Positions 1 to 9,379 are shown, counted from the stretch's first letter. The stretch is DNA of 29,066 nt from an uncultured Roseobacteraceae bacterium (GCA_964521225.1 CAZFQW010000001.1:1-29066), one strand, 5' to 3'. Numbers and translations are program-made. Notes: generated from the sequence alone by a model not told the origin.

Positions 1-1874
1 AGATACTGTTGCATACTGTGGATGTTAATGAGTCCGCCAATTTTACTGTAAGGTTGCTGCTCAAACTGTTGCACCGCTATCTCATCGAGCAAATCGCCCC
101 CTTCTTGCGCTGCTAAAATTTCGGCATGTAGGTATTTAGGTTGAGGGAAACCGGCTAGTTTCTCCCAATTTTCGGGCTTCACACTGGTGAGATACAGTTT
201 TTCACCCATTGAGGTAAAAGCTGAAAAAACCATTTTTTCGCCCGAAGGGGAAATATCTGCTACAAAAATATCTTCTTCGCTAAAGGTTACTTGGTAGAGC
301 GAGGCATCGGTTAACTTAATTGCATAAATGTTCTGAACTTTTGCAAATGCCGCCGAAAAATAAAGGTATTCGCCACGCTGAAAAGGGCGAAGCATTTGTT
401 CTACCAACCAAGGGGTGAGTAATTGTATCGCTCCTGAGTTTAGGTCTATTTGGGCAAGTGCATTTCTATTATTTTTTTGTACCACTGTAAATACCGATTG
501 CCCGTCTGCAGCCCAAGAAGGAAACGTATAGAAATAATTGTTCGGATTTGGCAGCACTTTTTCTTCCGCTCCTTCTGTAACATTTAAAATATGAAGGTGG
601 TAACGTGCCGAATCTTGATAAGATACTGCTACCATTTTACTGGCATCGGGCGATAGATCTATCGAAAAATAATTCGATTCGCTGCTCAGTTTCGTTTTTA
701 GCTGATTTTTAATGTCGTAGGTCTTGATGTTAGAGTAGGTTTTCCCGCCCCAACGTTTGTGATAGGCAACTTCTGCCCAAGCTATTTTCCCTCTTTTTAC
801 CGAATGCCATCGGTTGAAAGGCGTATTAAATCCCGCATTTGCCAAAAATTTTTCATTTCCTTCTACATCCACTTGGAATAATTGGCTAATTTCTCTAAAA
901 CTACTTTTTTGTACAACAAGTGTGTTTTCGTCTAAAAATCGGGGGTTTTGGTAATCGGTATAAACTTTTTTTTCGGGGGTATTGATAGGCGTATAGGTTA
1001 TTATTTTGGTAGATGCTTTTTCTGCCTGCCATATACTATCCATTTCTGCCATTGCCTGTTTGTAAAGTTGGGGGGTTGAAAGCCCTGTTTTTTTCTTCAA
1101 GTTTCTACTGAGCGGAAAGAAAATTCCTTTGTATTTTGAAGCATCTTCCACTACTTCTGCCCAAATGCTTTCGCCGTGTTCCTTTCGGGCGTGGGCGGTC
1201 ATGTAATACCCTAAGTGATAGTGTGTCGGAACGAAGTCTTTCAGAGACCCCGCCGACGCTTTTTCGTAATTATACTTTTTGCCATCGCGCCATAAAGCCC
1301 TGTACTCTCGGTGAAAATCGGGTAGCCTGCCTCTCCCGGCATTACTTAGTGCGGTTTCGGTTAGTACGGCATCGCCCTCGGCAAACCAACGAGGCTGTGC
1401 CATCGCCCGCATAAATGCCCATCCGTTTTGTCCGAAAATCCAACTAACAAATTTTGATACGCCTCGTTTTGCGTTGGTTGCCTGCAAAACGTGTCGGTAC
1501 TCGTGCACGGCAAGCATATCTGTCCAATTTCCTGAACCTAAAAATCCAAGTTGTGGTCCATTCATATAAAACTCAGAACGAAACGGGCTTAGCGATACAA
1601 AGCCGTTCGGAATCGTATTTTGGTTTTGTAAAATAACGGTTACTTTTTGCTTTCGGCTGCCTATGGTTTGGTAGGTACTATCGTACATATAATGCAACAA
1701 AGAAGCCGTTCTATGGGCATCTTTACTTAATGCTTCGGGGAAAACAAGGCGAATTTTATCGGTGTTAATTTGCCTCCATTTTAGCTTACTTGGGTTTAGA
1801 CCCAACTCCGATTGTGAAAATGTAAAAGAGGAAACGAGGAGTAAAGCGAGGGACAGCAGCAGTCTTTTTTGCAT
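1..1874 (-). CDS. Secreted/outer-membrane protein with an N-terminal gluzincin-like (HEYRH) domain and TolB/PD40-like beta-propeller repeats; 3' end runs off the window
   Basis: Not in the ORF track; translated by hand from ATG at 1874: MQKRLLLSLALLLVSSFTFSQ (signal peptide), then LGLNPSKLKWRQINT, HEYRH at 1491-1505, WFAEGDAV, and propeller-like segments such as SWAADGQSVF and DISPSGEKMVFS. The frame was open wherever checked, down to position 3. Confidence 0.8.
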   Translation of the reverse strand, partial: MQKRLLLSLALLLVSSFTFSQSELGLNPSKLKWRQINTDKIRLVFPEALSKDAHRTASLLHYMYDSTYQTIGSRKQKVTVILQNQNTIPNGFVSLSPFRSEFYMNGPQLGFLGSGNWTDMLAVHEYRHVLQATNAKRGVSKFVSWIFGQNGWAFMRAMAQPRWFAEGDAVLTETALSNAGRGRLPDFHREYRALWRDGKKYNYEKASAGSLKDFVPTHYHLGYYMTAHARKEHGESIWAEVVEDASKYKGIFFPLSRNLKKKTGLSTPQLYKQAMAEMDSIWQAEKASTKIITYTPINTPEKKVYTDYQNPRFLDENTLVVQKSSFREISQLFQVDVEGNEKFLANAGFNTPFNRWHSVKRGKIAWAEVAYHKRWGGKTYSNIKTYDIKNQLKTKLSSESNYFSIDLSPDASKMVAVSYQDSARYHLHILNVTEGAEEKVLPNPNNYFYTFPSWAADGQSVFTVVQKNNRNALAQIDLNSGAIQLLTPWLVEQMLRPFQRGEYLYFSAAFAKVQNIYAIKLTDASLYQVTFSEEDIFVADISPSGEKMVFSAFTSMGEKLYLTSVKPENWEKLAGFPQPKYLHAEILAAQEGGDLLDEIAVQQFEQQPYSKIGGLINIHSMQQY

Positions 1875-2023
1875 GGCAAAATGAATAAATAGATAGCGAA
1901 TAAGGAAAGTTATTTTGCGATTTTGTATTTTCAAGGAAATAAATTGAATTTTTTAAAGATTCCTCATTCAATTTAATTGCTAAAACTTCTAATTGATAGA
2001 CTCTTAACTTAAAATTTTAGAAA

Positions 2024-3043
2024 ATGAATTATCCACGACGAAAATTTCTCGAAAAAACAGGAAAAACCATAGTTGCAGGAGGTTTGATCACTTCCATTCC
2101 AATGATTCTCAGTAGCTGTGGAGGAGGTGCCGAAACAACCTCTGCCGCAGAATCTTCGGGCGCAGGAGCGGCAGCTACATCGGGGGCTGTAAGTTCTGAA
2201 ACTGCCACAACTTCTAATCTATTCTTTCAGATTTCGTTGGCACAATGGTCGCTACATAAAACCCTTTTTGATGGCAAAATGGATAACCTAGACTTTGCCG
2301 CTACCACAAAAAATGAGTTCGGAATTTCGGCAGTAGAATACGTAAATCAGTTCTTTAAAGATAAGGCAAAAGATCAAGCGTATCTCACAGAAATGAAAAA
2401 AAGAGCTGACGACAATGGCGTAAAAAGCCTTTTAATTATGATTGATGGGGAAGGCTACTTGGGTTCTACCGACGAAGCAGAACGAGTAAAAGCTGTAGAA
2501 AACCATTACAAATGGGTAGAAGCTGCTCAATTTTTAGGATGCCACTCCATTCGGGTAAATGCGGCAGGTAAAGGAACCACCGAAGACGTAAGTGCCGCCG
2601 CTATGGATGGCTTGGGCAAACTCGCCACTTTCGCTCAAGATTTTAATATCAACGTAATTGTAGAAAACCATGGAGGCTACTCTTCGGATGGGAAATGGCT
2701 TGCCGGTGTAATTTCAGAAGTAGGAATGGACAACTGCGGCACCCTCCCCGATTTTGGTAATTTTTGTATTGAAAGAGGCGAAGATGGCTGTATTAACGAG
2801 TACGACCGCTACCAAGGAATGCAAGACTTAATGCCCTTTGCCAAAGGCGTAAGCGCAAAATCGCATGATTTTAACGAAAAAGGCGAGGAAATTCACACGG
2901 ACTTTTCAAGGGTTCTTAAAACAGTAAAGGAAGCAGGCTATACGGGTTTCGTAGGGATTGAGTATGAAGGGAGCGAACTCTCCGAAATGGATGGCATTAA
3001 AGCAACCAAAGCACTCCTCGAAAAAGCAGGAAGCATGATATAG
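2024..3043 (+). CDS. Sugar phosphate isomerase/epimerase (xylose-isomerase-like TIM barrel), predicted Tat-exported lipoprotein
   Basis: RRKFL twin-arginine motif, LSSC lipobox, [33 protein letters not shown] metal-site motifs. Confidence 0.88.
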   Translation: MNYPRRKFLEKTGKTIVAGGLITSIPMILSSCGGGAETTSAAESSGAGAAATSGAVSSETATTSNLFFQISLAQWSLHKTLFDGKMDNLDFAATTKNEFGISAVEYVNQFFKDKAKDQAYLTEMKKRADDNGVKSLLIMIDGEGYLGSTDEAERVKAVENHYKWVEAAQFLGCHSIRVNAAGKGTTEDVSAAAMDGLGKLATFAQDFNINVIVENHGGYSSDGKWLAGVISEVGMDNCGTLPDFGNFCIERGEDGCINEYDRYQGMQDLMPFAKGVSAKSHDFNEKGEEIHTDFSRVLKTVKEAGYTGFVGIEYEGSELSEMDGIKATKALLEKAGSMI

Positions 3044-3102
3044 TTCTTGCATTTTTTACCTCACTTTAGAATTTTAACTCCTATACATTCAACAAAATAA
3101 AT

Positions 3103-4026
3103 ATGAAATACTTTTTGAAAATTCAACTACTTCTTTTATTGCTTTTAGCAGCAGCTTGTTCTCAAAAATCTGATACGGAAACCATACAAGAAGAAACCTC
3201 GGAAGAAGAACTCCCCGAAGCTACACTCTCTCAAGACCGATTTGGCGGGCTTACACTCTATACCCTCCGCGATTCCATGAAATCGAACCCCAAAGAAGTG
3301 CTTAAAGAAGTTGCCACTATTGGCTATAAATACATAGAAGCCACCGATTATAACGAGGGGAAATTTTACGGAATGGAACCGGCTGAATTCAAAAACTACC
3401 TCAACGAATTGGGGATGGCGCCTATCAGTTCGCACCAAGGTGGTGTTACTTTAGAAAATGCAGATCAAACCATTGCCGATGTAAAAGCTGCTGGTTTTAA
3501 GTACTTTGTAGTTCCCATTCCTCCAATGGGTCATTTTAAATTCGATAGAGCCACAATGAGCATGAGCATGAGCGATTCTGTGGAAAGAGTAACTGAAATA
3601 TTAAACATCATTGGCACAAAATGCAAAGAGGCGGGCATAGAAATGCTTTACCACAACCACGATTTCGAATTCAAAGAAAACGAAAGTGGCATTGTTCCGA
3701 TAGATTATTTCCTAGAAAATTTAGACCCTGAGGTAGCCAACTTTCAGTTAGATTTATTTTGGATTACCAAAGCAGGCGCAGACCCCTTGGCATATTTTGA
3801 AAAGTACCCCGGTCGTTTTAAAATGTGGCATGTAAAGGATATGGACGAAGAAGGCAAGTTTGCCCCTGTGGGCAGAGGTACTATCGACTTTGGGAAAATC
3901 TTAGCACAAAAAAACCAAGCGGGCATGGAGTATTACATTGTAGAACAAGATATGACTTTTGATTTGGCTCCTATGGAAGCTGTAAAAATCAGTTTTGAAG
4001 GGTTGAAATCATTTGGCTTCAACTAG
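3103..4026 (+). CDS. Sugar phosphate isomerase/epimerase (TIM barrel), predicted Sec lipoprotein
   Basis: LLLLAAAC lipobox; GLTLYTLRD, LYHNHDFEF, QLDLFW, WHVKD, IVEQD motifs. Confidence 0.88.
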   Translation: MKYFLKIQLLLLLLLAAACSQKSDTETIQEETSEEELPEATLSQDRFGGLTLYTLRDSMKSNPKEVLKEVATIGYKYIEATDYNEGKFYGMEPAEFKNYLNELGMAPISSHQGGVTLENADQTIADVKAAGFKYFVVPIPPMGHFKFDRATMSMSMSDSVERVTEILNIIGTKCKEAGIEMLYHNHDFEFKENESGIVPIDYFLENLDPEVANFQLDLFWITKAGADPLAYFEKYPGRFKMWHVKDMDEEGKFAPVGRGTIDFGKILAQKNQAGMEYYIVEQDMTFDLAPMEAVKISFEGLKSFGFN

Positions 4027-4045
4027 TAAAACGTTGATAACTTTC

Positions 4046-4077
4046 AAAAAAAAAGCCACTTTAGAGTGGCTTTTTTT
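4046..4077. terminator. Bidirectional intrinsic terminator between the isomerase pair and polX
   Basis: A8-GCCACT-ttag-AGTGGC-T7 between convergent genes. Confidence 0.85.
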
Positions 4078-5770
4078 ATTTTTTCCTGCTTTTAAAATAG
4101 GCATCAATTTCATCTTGCGAGAGCGAGTTGAGGTTCTGAGCCGCTGTGAGCCCTCCCTTTCTACCGGTCAGCAATCCATAGCGCATATCCTGATAGCCCG
4201 CTTTTTCGTGAGCATCGGGGTTAATACTTAACATCACACCTGCTTGCAAGGCAGGTTGAACCCACCGCCAGTCGATATCGAGTCGCCAAGGATTTGCATT
4301 AATTTCAATCGCCACCCCGTGCTTTGCACAAGCTTTAATTATTTTTTCGTGGTTTACCGGGTAGCCATCTCGCCTCAATAACAATCGCCCAGTCATGTGC
4401 CCTAAAATGGTTGTATAAGGATTTTCAATCGCTTTTAACAAACGCATCATTGCCTTCTCTTCAGTCATTTTTAAATTCCCATGGATAGAAGACACAATAA
4501 AATCAAAAGAAGCCAAAACGTAATCGGGATAATCAAGGCTACCATCTGTTAGAATATCCGATTCAATTCCTTTAAATATTTTAAATGGAGCTAACGCTTC
4601 ATTTAACAAATCAATTTCCTCGTGTTGTTGCCTAATTCTATCTTCTTTTAAGCCATTCGCATAAAAAGCGGTTTGCGAGTGATCGGTAATTCCCAAGTAC
4701 TCATAACCTAGTTCTTTACAGTGTTCAGCCATCTCTCTAAGTGTATGCTTCCCATCGCTATAAGTAGAGTGGTTATGCAAAACGCCTTTTAAGTCTTGTT
4801 CTTCAATAAGCTTCGGAATTGTATTTTCTATAGCTGCCTTCGCCTCAAAAGTACCCTCACGAAGTTCTGGAGGAACGTATGCCCACCCAATTTGTTCGTA
4901 GATTTTCTCTTCACTTGGGTAAGTATTTTCTAGTGCCAAAGTTCTTAACGTTTTCCCCTCCTCTCCTACGCTGATTTTTAAATGTGCGGCGGCAGACGTT
5001 TGCAGAAATAACTCGCTGGCAAACTCCGTAGCATTCGTAATATGCACTTCAATTTGTAAAGCATTTTCTCTGACTACCCCTCTCCATACGTACGGGCTCG
5101 ATTTTTTTTCCAAATATTCAATCTCTTCCAACTCCGATAAAACACTTTTCAACCCCGTTGTATTCGCTGTACTTACAACCAGAGAAACGGTATCTACAAT
5201 TTCTAAATTTCTGCGAACTTGCCCTGCGATTTCTACCTTAACACCGCTTATATTTTCCTTTATGAAATCTACTAGTTTCACTGCATAAGGGGCTGCTTTT
5301 GCGAAGTGAAGCCTTCCCACATTTGCTTTTTTGAAGTCAATTTGGTCAATAATCAACTTTTGTGTTTTATCACCAAAACCCTTGAGAGCGGCAACTTCTC
5401 CCTCTTGGCATGCTTGCTTTAAATTTGTAAGGGTTTCAATACCTAATTCTTGCCAAATAACTCTAATTTTCTTTGCGCCAATTCCTTTTAACTCTAACAT
5501 TTCTACCACTCCTTTCGGCGTTTTTTCAGCGAGTTTCTCTAGCTCTGAATACGTACCCGTTTCTATAATTTCAGCGATTTTTGAAGTCATCCCTGCGGAA
5601 ATACCCTGTTCTTTTCGTTCATCGGGAGTAATTTCCGACAAGCGAACATCCAGTTTTTCTAGCTGAAAGGCTGTTCCCGTATAACTACGAACTTTAAAAG
5701 TATTTTCTCCGTGTAGTTCCATCAAAGAAGCTGTGCGCTGTAATATTTTTGAAATATCTTTATTAGTCAT
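4076..5770 (-). CDS. polX: DNA polymerase X family/PHP-domain 3'-5' exonuclease; polymerase site appears non-canonical
   Basis: HHH_8-like N-terminus (ELHGENTFKVRSY), HhH LKGIGAKK and LKGFGDKT, YVPPELREG, PHP motifs HNHSTYSDG, TDHS, HMTGR, PDAH. Start taken at MTNKDI (5770) rather than 5797. Confidence 0.92.
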   Translation of the reverse strand: MTNKDISKILQRTASLMELHGENTFKVRSYTGTAFQLEKLDVRLSEITPDERKEQGISAGMTSKIAEIIETGTYSELEKLAEKTPKGVVEMLELKGIGAKKIRVIWQELGIETLTNLKQACQEGEVAALKGFGDKTQKLIIDQIDFKKANVGRLHFAKAAPYAVKLVDFIKENISGVKVEIAGQVRRNLEIVDTVSLVVSTANTTGLKSVLSELEEIEYLEKKSSPYVWRGVVRENALQIEVHITNATEFASELFLQTSAAAHLKISVGEEGKTLRTLALENTYPSEEKIYEQIGWAYVPPELREGTFEAKAAIENTIPKLIEEQDLKGVLHNHSTYSDGKHTLREMAEHCKELGYEYLGITDHSQTAFYANGLKEDRIRQQHEEIDLLNEALAPFKIFKGIESDILTDGSLDYPDYVLASFDFIVSSIHGNLKMTEEKAMMRLLKAIENPYTTILGHMTGRLLLRRDGYPVNHEKIIKACAKHGVAIEINANPWRLDIDWRWVQPALQAGVMLSINPDAHEKAGYQDMRYGLLTGRKGGLTAAQNLNSLSQDEIDAYFKSRKK

Positions 5771-5886
5771 GTGATTTCTTGGCAAAACATTAAGCATTAA
5801 AAGTAAAGATAAATGGGAATATACTCCCTATGAGATGTTTTTAAAAGTAGATTTTTTAAATTGATTCCGACTTCAATAAAAACACT

Positions 5887-6426
5887 TTGGAAGATAAAGA
5901 CCTTTTAGAAAAATTTAGTAACCCAGCAACGCAACACTATGCGTTCAATATGTTAGTTCAAAAATACCAAGAACGCGTTTATTGGCATATTCGTAAAATG
6001 GTGATTGACCACGAAGATGCTGATGATATCACACAAGAAGTTTTTGTAAAAGTTTGGCAGAAGCTCCATACTTTTCGGCAAGATTCGCAACTATACACAT
6101 GGATTTACAGAATTGCCACAAACAATTGCCTTAATTTTCTCAAGAAGAAAAAGAGGCGTTTTTTTCTACCAATCCATGATATTACCCAAGAACTTACCAA
6201 CAAAATAGATAATAGTGCAGGTATTTCGGGAGATGAAATCCAACGAGAACTTCAAAAAGCAATCTTAACATTACCCGAAAAACAAAGGTTAGTATTTAAC
6301 ATGAAGTATTTTGAGGAAATGCCTTACAAAGATATATCGGAAGTATTGGGTACATCGGTGGGTGCATTAAAGGCTTCTTATCATATAGCAGTTAAAAAAA
6401 TTGAAGAATACCTAAACGAGGATTAA
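5887..6426 (+). CDS. ECF RNA polymerase sigma-70 factor
   Basis: DADDITQEVFVKVW, TWIYRIATN, LPEKQRLVF...GTSVGALKASYH (regions 2 and 4); TTG start. Confidence 0.93.
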   Translation: MEDKDLLEKFSNPATQHYAFNMLVQKYQERVYWHIRKMVIDHEDADDITQEVFVKVWQKLHTFRQDSQLYTWIYRIATNNCLNFLKKKKRRFFLPIHDITQELTNKIDNSAGISGDEIQRELQKAILTLPEKQRLVFNMKYFEEMPYKDISEVLGTSVGALKASYHIAVKKIEEYLNED

Positions 6427-6449
6427 ACCTTTCCTGCTCAACATTGTCA
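6424..6449 (+). promoter_or_regulatory. Candidate ECF-type promoter (TAAACC ... TGTCA) upstream of the anti-sigma gene
   Basis: AAC(6426-6428)-N17-GTC(6446-6448), which fits generic ECF -35/-10 spacing. Confidence 0.4.
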
Positions 6450-6494
6450 TAAACATAAGGGAAAGAGCCTAAAAACTCATAAAATAAAGGAATT

Positions 6495-6938
6495 ATGAAA
6501 CCTAAAAAACTAGAAGATTTTAATAAAGAAAACATTTACCAAGTCCCCGATGGGTATTTCGGTAAATTATCTCTGAAAATTCAGCAAAAAGTAAGTAGCC
6601 ATGAACAGCAGCCCATCCGTATTTTTAGCCCGCGTTTACTACGGATAGGGCTACCTAGTTTTGCCGTATTGAGTATTTCTTTGATTCTTTGGTTCAATAT
6701 TTCTTCAGAGTATAATGAATTACAGGATAAGGTAGTCCACCATGAGCTCTTATCAGAATTTAGTCAAGAAGAAGTAGATTCTTATATCCTTACCGAAGAC
6801 ATCTCTCATATTGAACTGACCGAGGCTGCTAGAAATAATAATTTAGAATTTACGGAAAAAGAGCTCAGTACTACTGCTATCGAAGAAGAAATACTTGAAT
6901 TGGATATCGATTTAATTGATGTACAAACGTACTTATAA
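6495..6938 (+). CDS. Putative single-pass anti-sigma factor
   Basis: YQVPDGYF motif typical of Bacteroidota ECF partners, one TM helix, acidic C-terminus, directly after the ECF sigma gene. Confidence 0.7.
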   Translation: MKPKKLEDFNKENIYQVPDGYFGKLSLKIQQKVSSHEQQPIRIFSPRLLRIGLPSFAVLSISLILWFNISSEYNELQDKVVHHELLSEFSQEEVDSYILTEDISHIELTEAARNNNLEFTEKELSTTAIEEEILELDIDLIDVQTYL

Positions 6939-6950
6939 TCAAAAAAAGAA

Positions 6951-7409
6951 ATGAAAAAGCTATATATTATTGCCCTAACATTGCTAATTACTACACCTAT
7001 TCTAGCCCAAAAAAATGGTAGAATGGAAGAAAAAATGCGTGAGTATAAAATGCGGTATATTACAGAAACGCTAGCACTTTCAGAAGAAGATTCTACCAAG
7101 TTCTGGCCTGTTTACGACGCATTTGAACACGAGCGTATTGAAAACAGACGAGCACAAATGCAGCTTACTCGAGGTATGCTGGCCAAAAGTGATGAGCAAC
7201 TAAAAATCGACTTAGATAAGATACTAAGTTTGGAAGAAAATAACGCCAAAATCACTAGAAAATATTTTGGGCAATTTCAAGAGGTGATTTCCGTAAGGCA
7301 AATTGCTGCACTTTTCCAAGCTGAGCAAAACCTCAAAAGGGCACTTATTGAAAAGTTCAGTGGGGGAGGAAGAAGAAGAATTTCTGGAGAAGATAGTGGT
7401 AGATTTTAA
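6951..7409 (+). CDS. Periplasmic helical protein, Spy/CpxP-like family
   Basis: Signal peptide; YITETLALSEEDSTKFWPVYDAF motif; helical, charged; third gene of the ECF cluster. Confidence 0.65.
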   Translation: MKKLYIIALTLLITTPILAQKNGRMEEKMREYKMRYITETLALSEEDSTKFWPVYDAFEHERIENRRAQMQLTRGMLAKSDEQLKIDLDKILSLEENNAKITRKYFGQFQEVISVRQIAALFQAEQNLKRALIEKFSGGGRRRISGEDSGRF

Positions 7410-7577
7410 ACAGACATTTCCCTCCTTTGGTTATTTTCTTTATGTTTTTTTATCAAAATAAGTCTTCACAATAACCCCTATCTTACACACTGAAGCGTGC
7501 TTTATAGTTAAAATTAACACCATAGATAGTAACAGATTTTCTTAGAAGGTAAATGTGAATTTTAAACCATAAGACAT

Positions 7578-7606
7578 AAAAAAAGCAAGGCAAATGCCTT
7601 GCTTTT
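7578..7606 (-). terminator. Intrinsic terminator after rplL
   Basis: Minus strand AAAAGCAAGGCA-tt-TGCCTTGCTTTT extended to a 7-T run. Confidence 0.85.
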
Positions 7607-7628
7607 GTTTTCTATCTGGTAAGATTAA

Positions 7629-8009
7629 TTACTTAATCTCAACTTCAGCACCTAGTTCTTCTAATTCTTTCTTAATGCTTTCTGCCTCATCTTTAGGCAC
7701 ACCTTCTTTGATTGGCTTTGGAGCCTCATCAACTAAAGCTTTCGCATCTTTAAGACCTAATGCAGCGATATCTTTTACAGCTTTTACAACTTTTAACTTA
7801 GCCGGACCACCTGATTTTAAGATTACGTCGAATTCAGTCTGCTCTTCAGCAGCATCAGCACCGTCGCCTCCACCACCAGCTACCATTACTGGAGCTGCTG
7901 CGGCTGCAGGCTCTATTCCGTACTCATCTTTTAAGATAGTAGCTAACTCACTAACCTCTTTTACAGTAAGGTTTACAAGTTGTTCAGCAAATTCTTTTAA
8001 ATCAGCCAT
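7629..8009 (-). CDS. rplL: 50S ribosomal protein L7/L12
   Basis: [18 protein letters not shown]...[10 protein letters not shown]...GLKDAK...GAEVEIK. Confidence 0.99.
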   Translation of the reverse strand: MADLKEFAEQLVNLTVKEVSELATILKDEYGIEPAAAAAPVMVAGGGGDGADAAEEQTEFDVILKSGGPAKLKVVKAVKDIAALGLKDAKALVDEAPKPIKEGVPKDEAESIKKELEELGAEVEIK

Positions 8010-8131
8010 TTTAAAATTTAACTTTAAATATTATTCAAGAAAGTACCTATATAATCGAAGTCTTGAGGCACCATATAAAGTGGAAGCTTTTTGGAACCAG
8101 CGTAACACCATTCAAGACTAAATGTATACTA

Positions 8132-8674
8132 TTAATTTTCGCGCTCTTCGAGCGTTTTAACAAGACCTGCAAGTGTATCACCACCGCTCTTAAGAGCAGA
8201 AATGACATTTTTAGCAGGTGATTCAAGCAATCCAATGATTTCACCAATAAGCTCTTGCTTAGATTTGATTTTAGAAAGCGCATCTAATTGATTATCGCCT
8301 ATATAAAGGGCAGTATCAATTGAAGCACCCTTAAGCAGAGGTCTTTGCTCATCTTTCTTACCTGCTTTTTTTCTAAAATCTAATAAAACTTTTGCAGGCA
8401 AGTTTCCAACTTCTGAAGAAAACATCACTCCAGAAAATCCTTTTAATACAGTACCATCAAATTCTGAGTAGTCTGTATCTAAGTTATCTAAGGCCTTTCT
8501 GATTAAGGTATTTTTATACACAGTATATTGGATACCCTTATCAAAACAAGCTTGTCTAAAATTGTTTACTTCTGCTACAGTCATACCCGAAGCATCTGCA
8601 ATGTAGAAGTAATCTGTATCTTTTAGCCTTTCTGTTAACTCGTTAACTATGCTAATTTTTTCTTCCTTTGTCAT
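8132..8674 (-). CDS. rplJ: 50S ribosomal protein L10
   Basis: MTKEEK, VYKNTL, SKQELIGEIIGLLESPA; between rplA and rplL. Confidence 0.98.
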   Translation of the reverse strand: MTKEEKISIVNELTERLKDTDYFYIADASGMTVAEVNNFRQACFDKGIQYTVYKNTLIRKALDNLDTDYSEFDGTVLKGFSGVMFSSEVGNLPAKVLLDFRKKAGKKDEQRPLLKGASIDTALYIGDNQLDALSKIKSKQELIGEIIGLLESPAKNVISALKSGGDTLAGLVKTLEEREN

Positions 8675-8680
8675 GACTTT

Positions 8681-9379
8681 TTATGTTCCAGCGATTGATG
8701 TCTTGTCAACTTTAACTACAGGGCTCATGGTACTTGAAAGATTAACACTCTTTACATAAGTACCTTTCGCAGCAGAAGGCTTTAATTTAATAATTGTACT
8801 AAGTAGCTCTTCAATATTATCTTCCAATTTATCTACATCGAAAGATGCCTTTCCTATACTTGCATGGATGATTCCAAATTTATCAACTTTGAAATCAATT
8901 TTACCAGCTTTTACTTCGGTTACAGCTTTTCCTACATCTAAGGTTACTGTACCCGCTTTAGGATTAGGCATCAAACCACGAGGTCCTAATACTCTACCTA
9001 ATCTACCTACTTTTGCCATTACAGTTGGCATTGTAATGATTACATCAATATCAACCCAGCCACCTTCAATTTTTTTGATGTAATCGTCTAAACCAGCGTA
9101 ATCGGCTCCCGCATCTAAAGCTTCTTGTTCTTTCTCGGGGGTACATAATACTAATACCCTAACCTGCTTACCTGTTCCGTGAGGAAGAGCTACTACTCCT
9201 CTCACCATTTGGTCTGCTTTTCTTGGATCTACTCCTAGGCGGACATCAACATCTACTGATGAGTCGAACTTAGTGTTTGTGATTTCTTTCACTATCCCGC
9301 AAGCTTCAGCCAAATTATAATGTTTTGACTGGTCGTATTTTTCGAATGCTTGCTTATGAGCTTTTGATAATCTTGCCAT
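8681..9379 (-). CDS. rplA: 50S ribosomal protein L1
   Basis: [37 protein letters not shown]. Confidence 0.99.
   Translation of the reverse strand: MARLSKAHKQAFEKYDQSKHYNLAEACGIVKEITNTKFDSSVDVDVRLGVDPRKADQMVRGVVALPHGTGKQVRVLVLCTPEKEQEALDAGADYAGLDDYIKKIEGGWVDIDVIITMPTVMAKVGRLGRVLGPRGLMPNPKAGTVTLDVGKAVTEVKAGKIDFKVDKFGIIHASIGKASFDVDKLEDNIEELLSTIIKLKPSAAKGTYVKSVNLSSTMSPVVKVDKTSIAGT

Noticed and set aside
1136-1971. Track ORFs 1136..1414(+), 1454..1636(+), 1786..1971(-)
   Set aside because: Antisense or out-of-frame shadows of the long minus-strand gene starting at 1874; no recognisable motifs.
3556-3573. (ATGAGC)x3 tandem repeat encoding MSMSMS
   Set aside because: In frame, only three units and inside a variable loop; too short to support phase variation.
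3145-5666. Track ORFs 3145..3438, 3744..3926, 4013..4231, 5331..5666
   Set aside because: Antisense shadows of well-supported genes.
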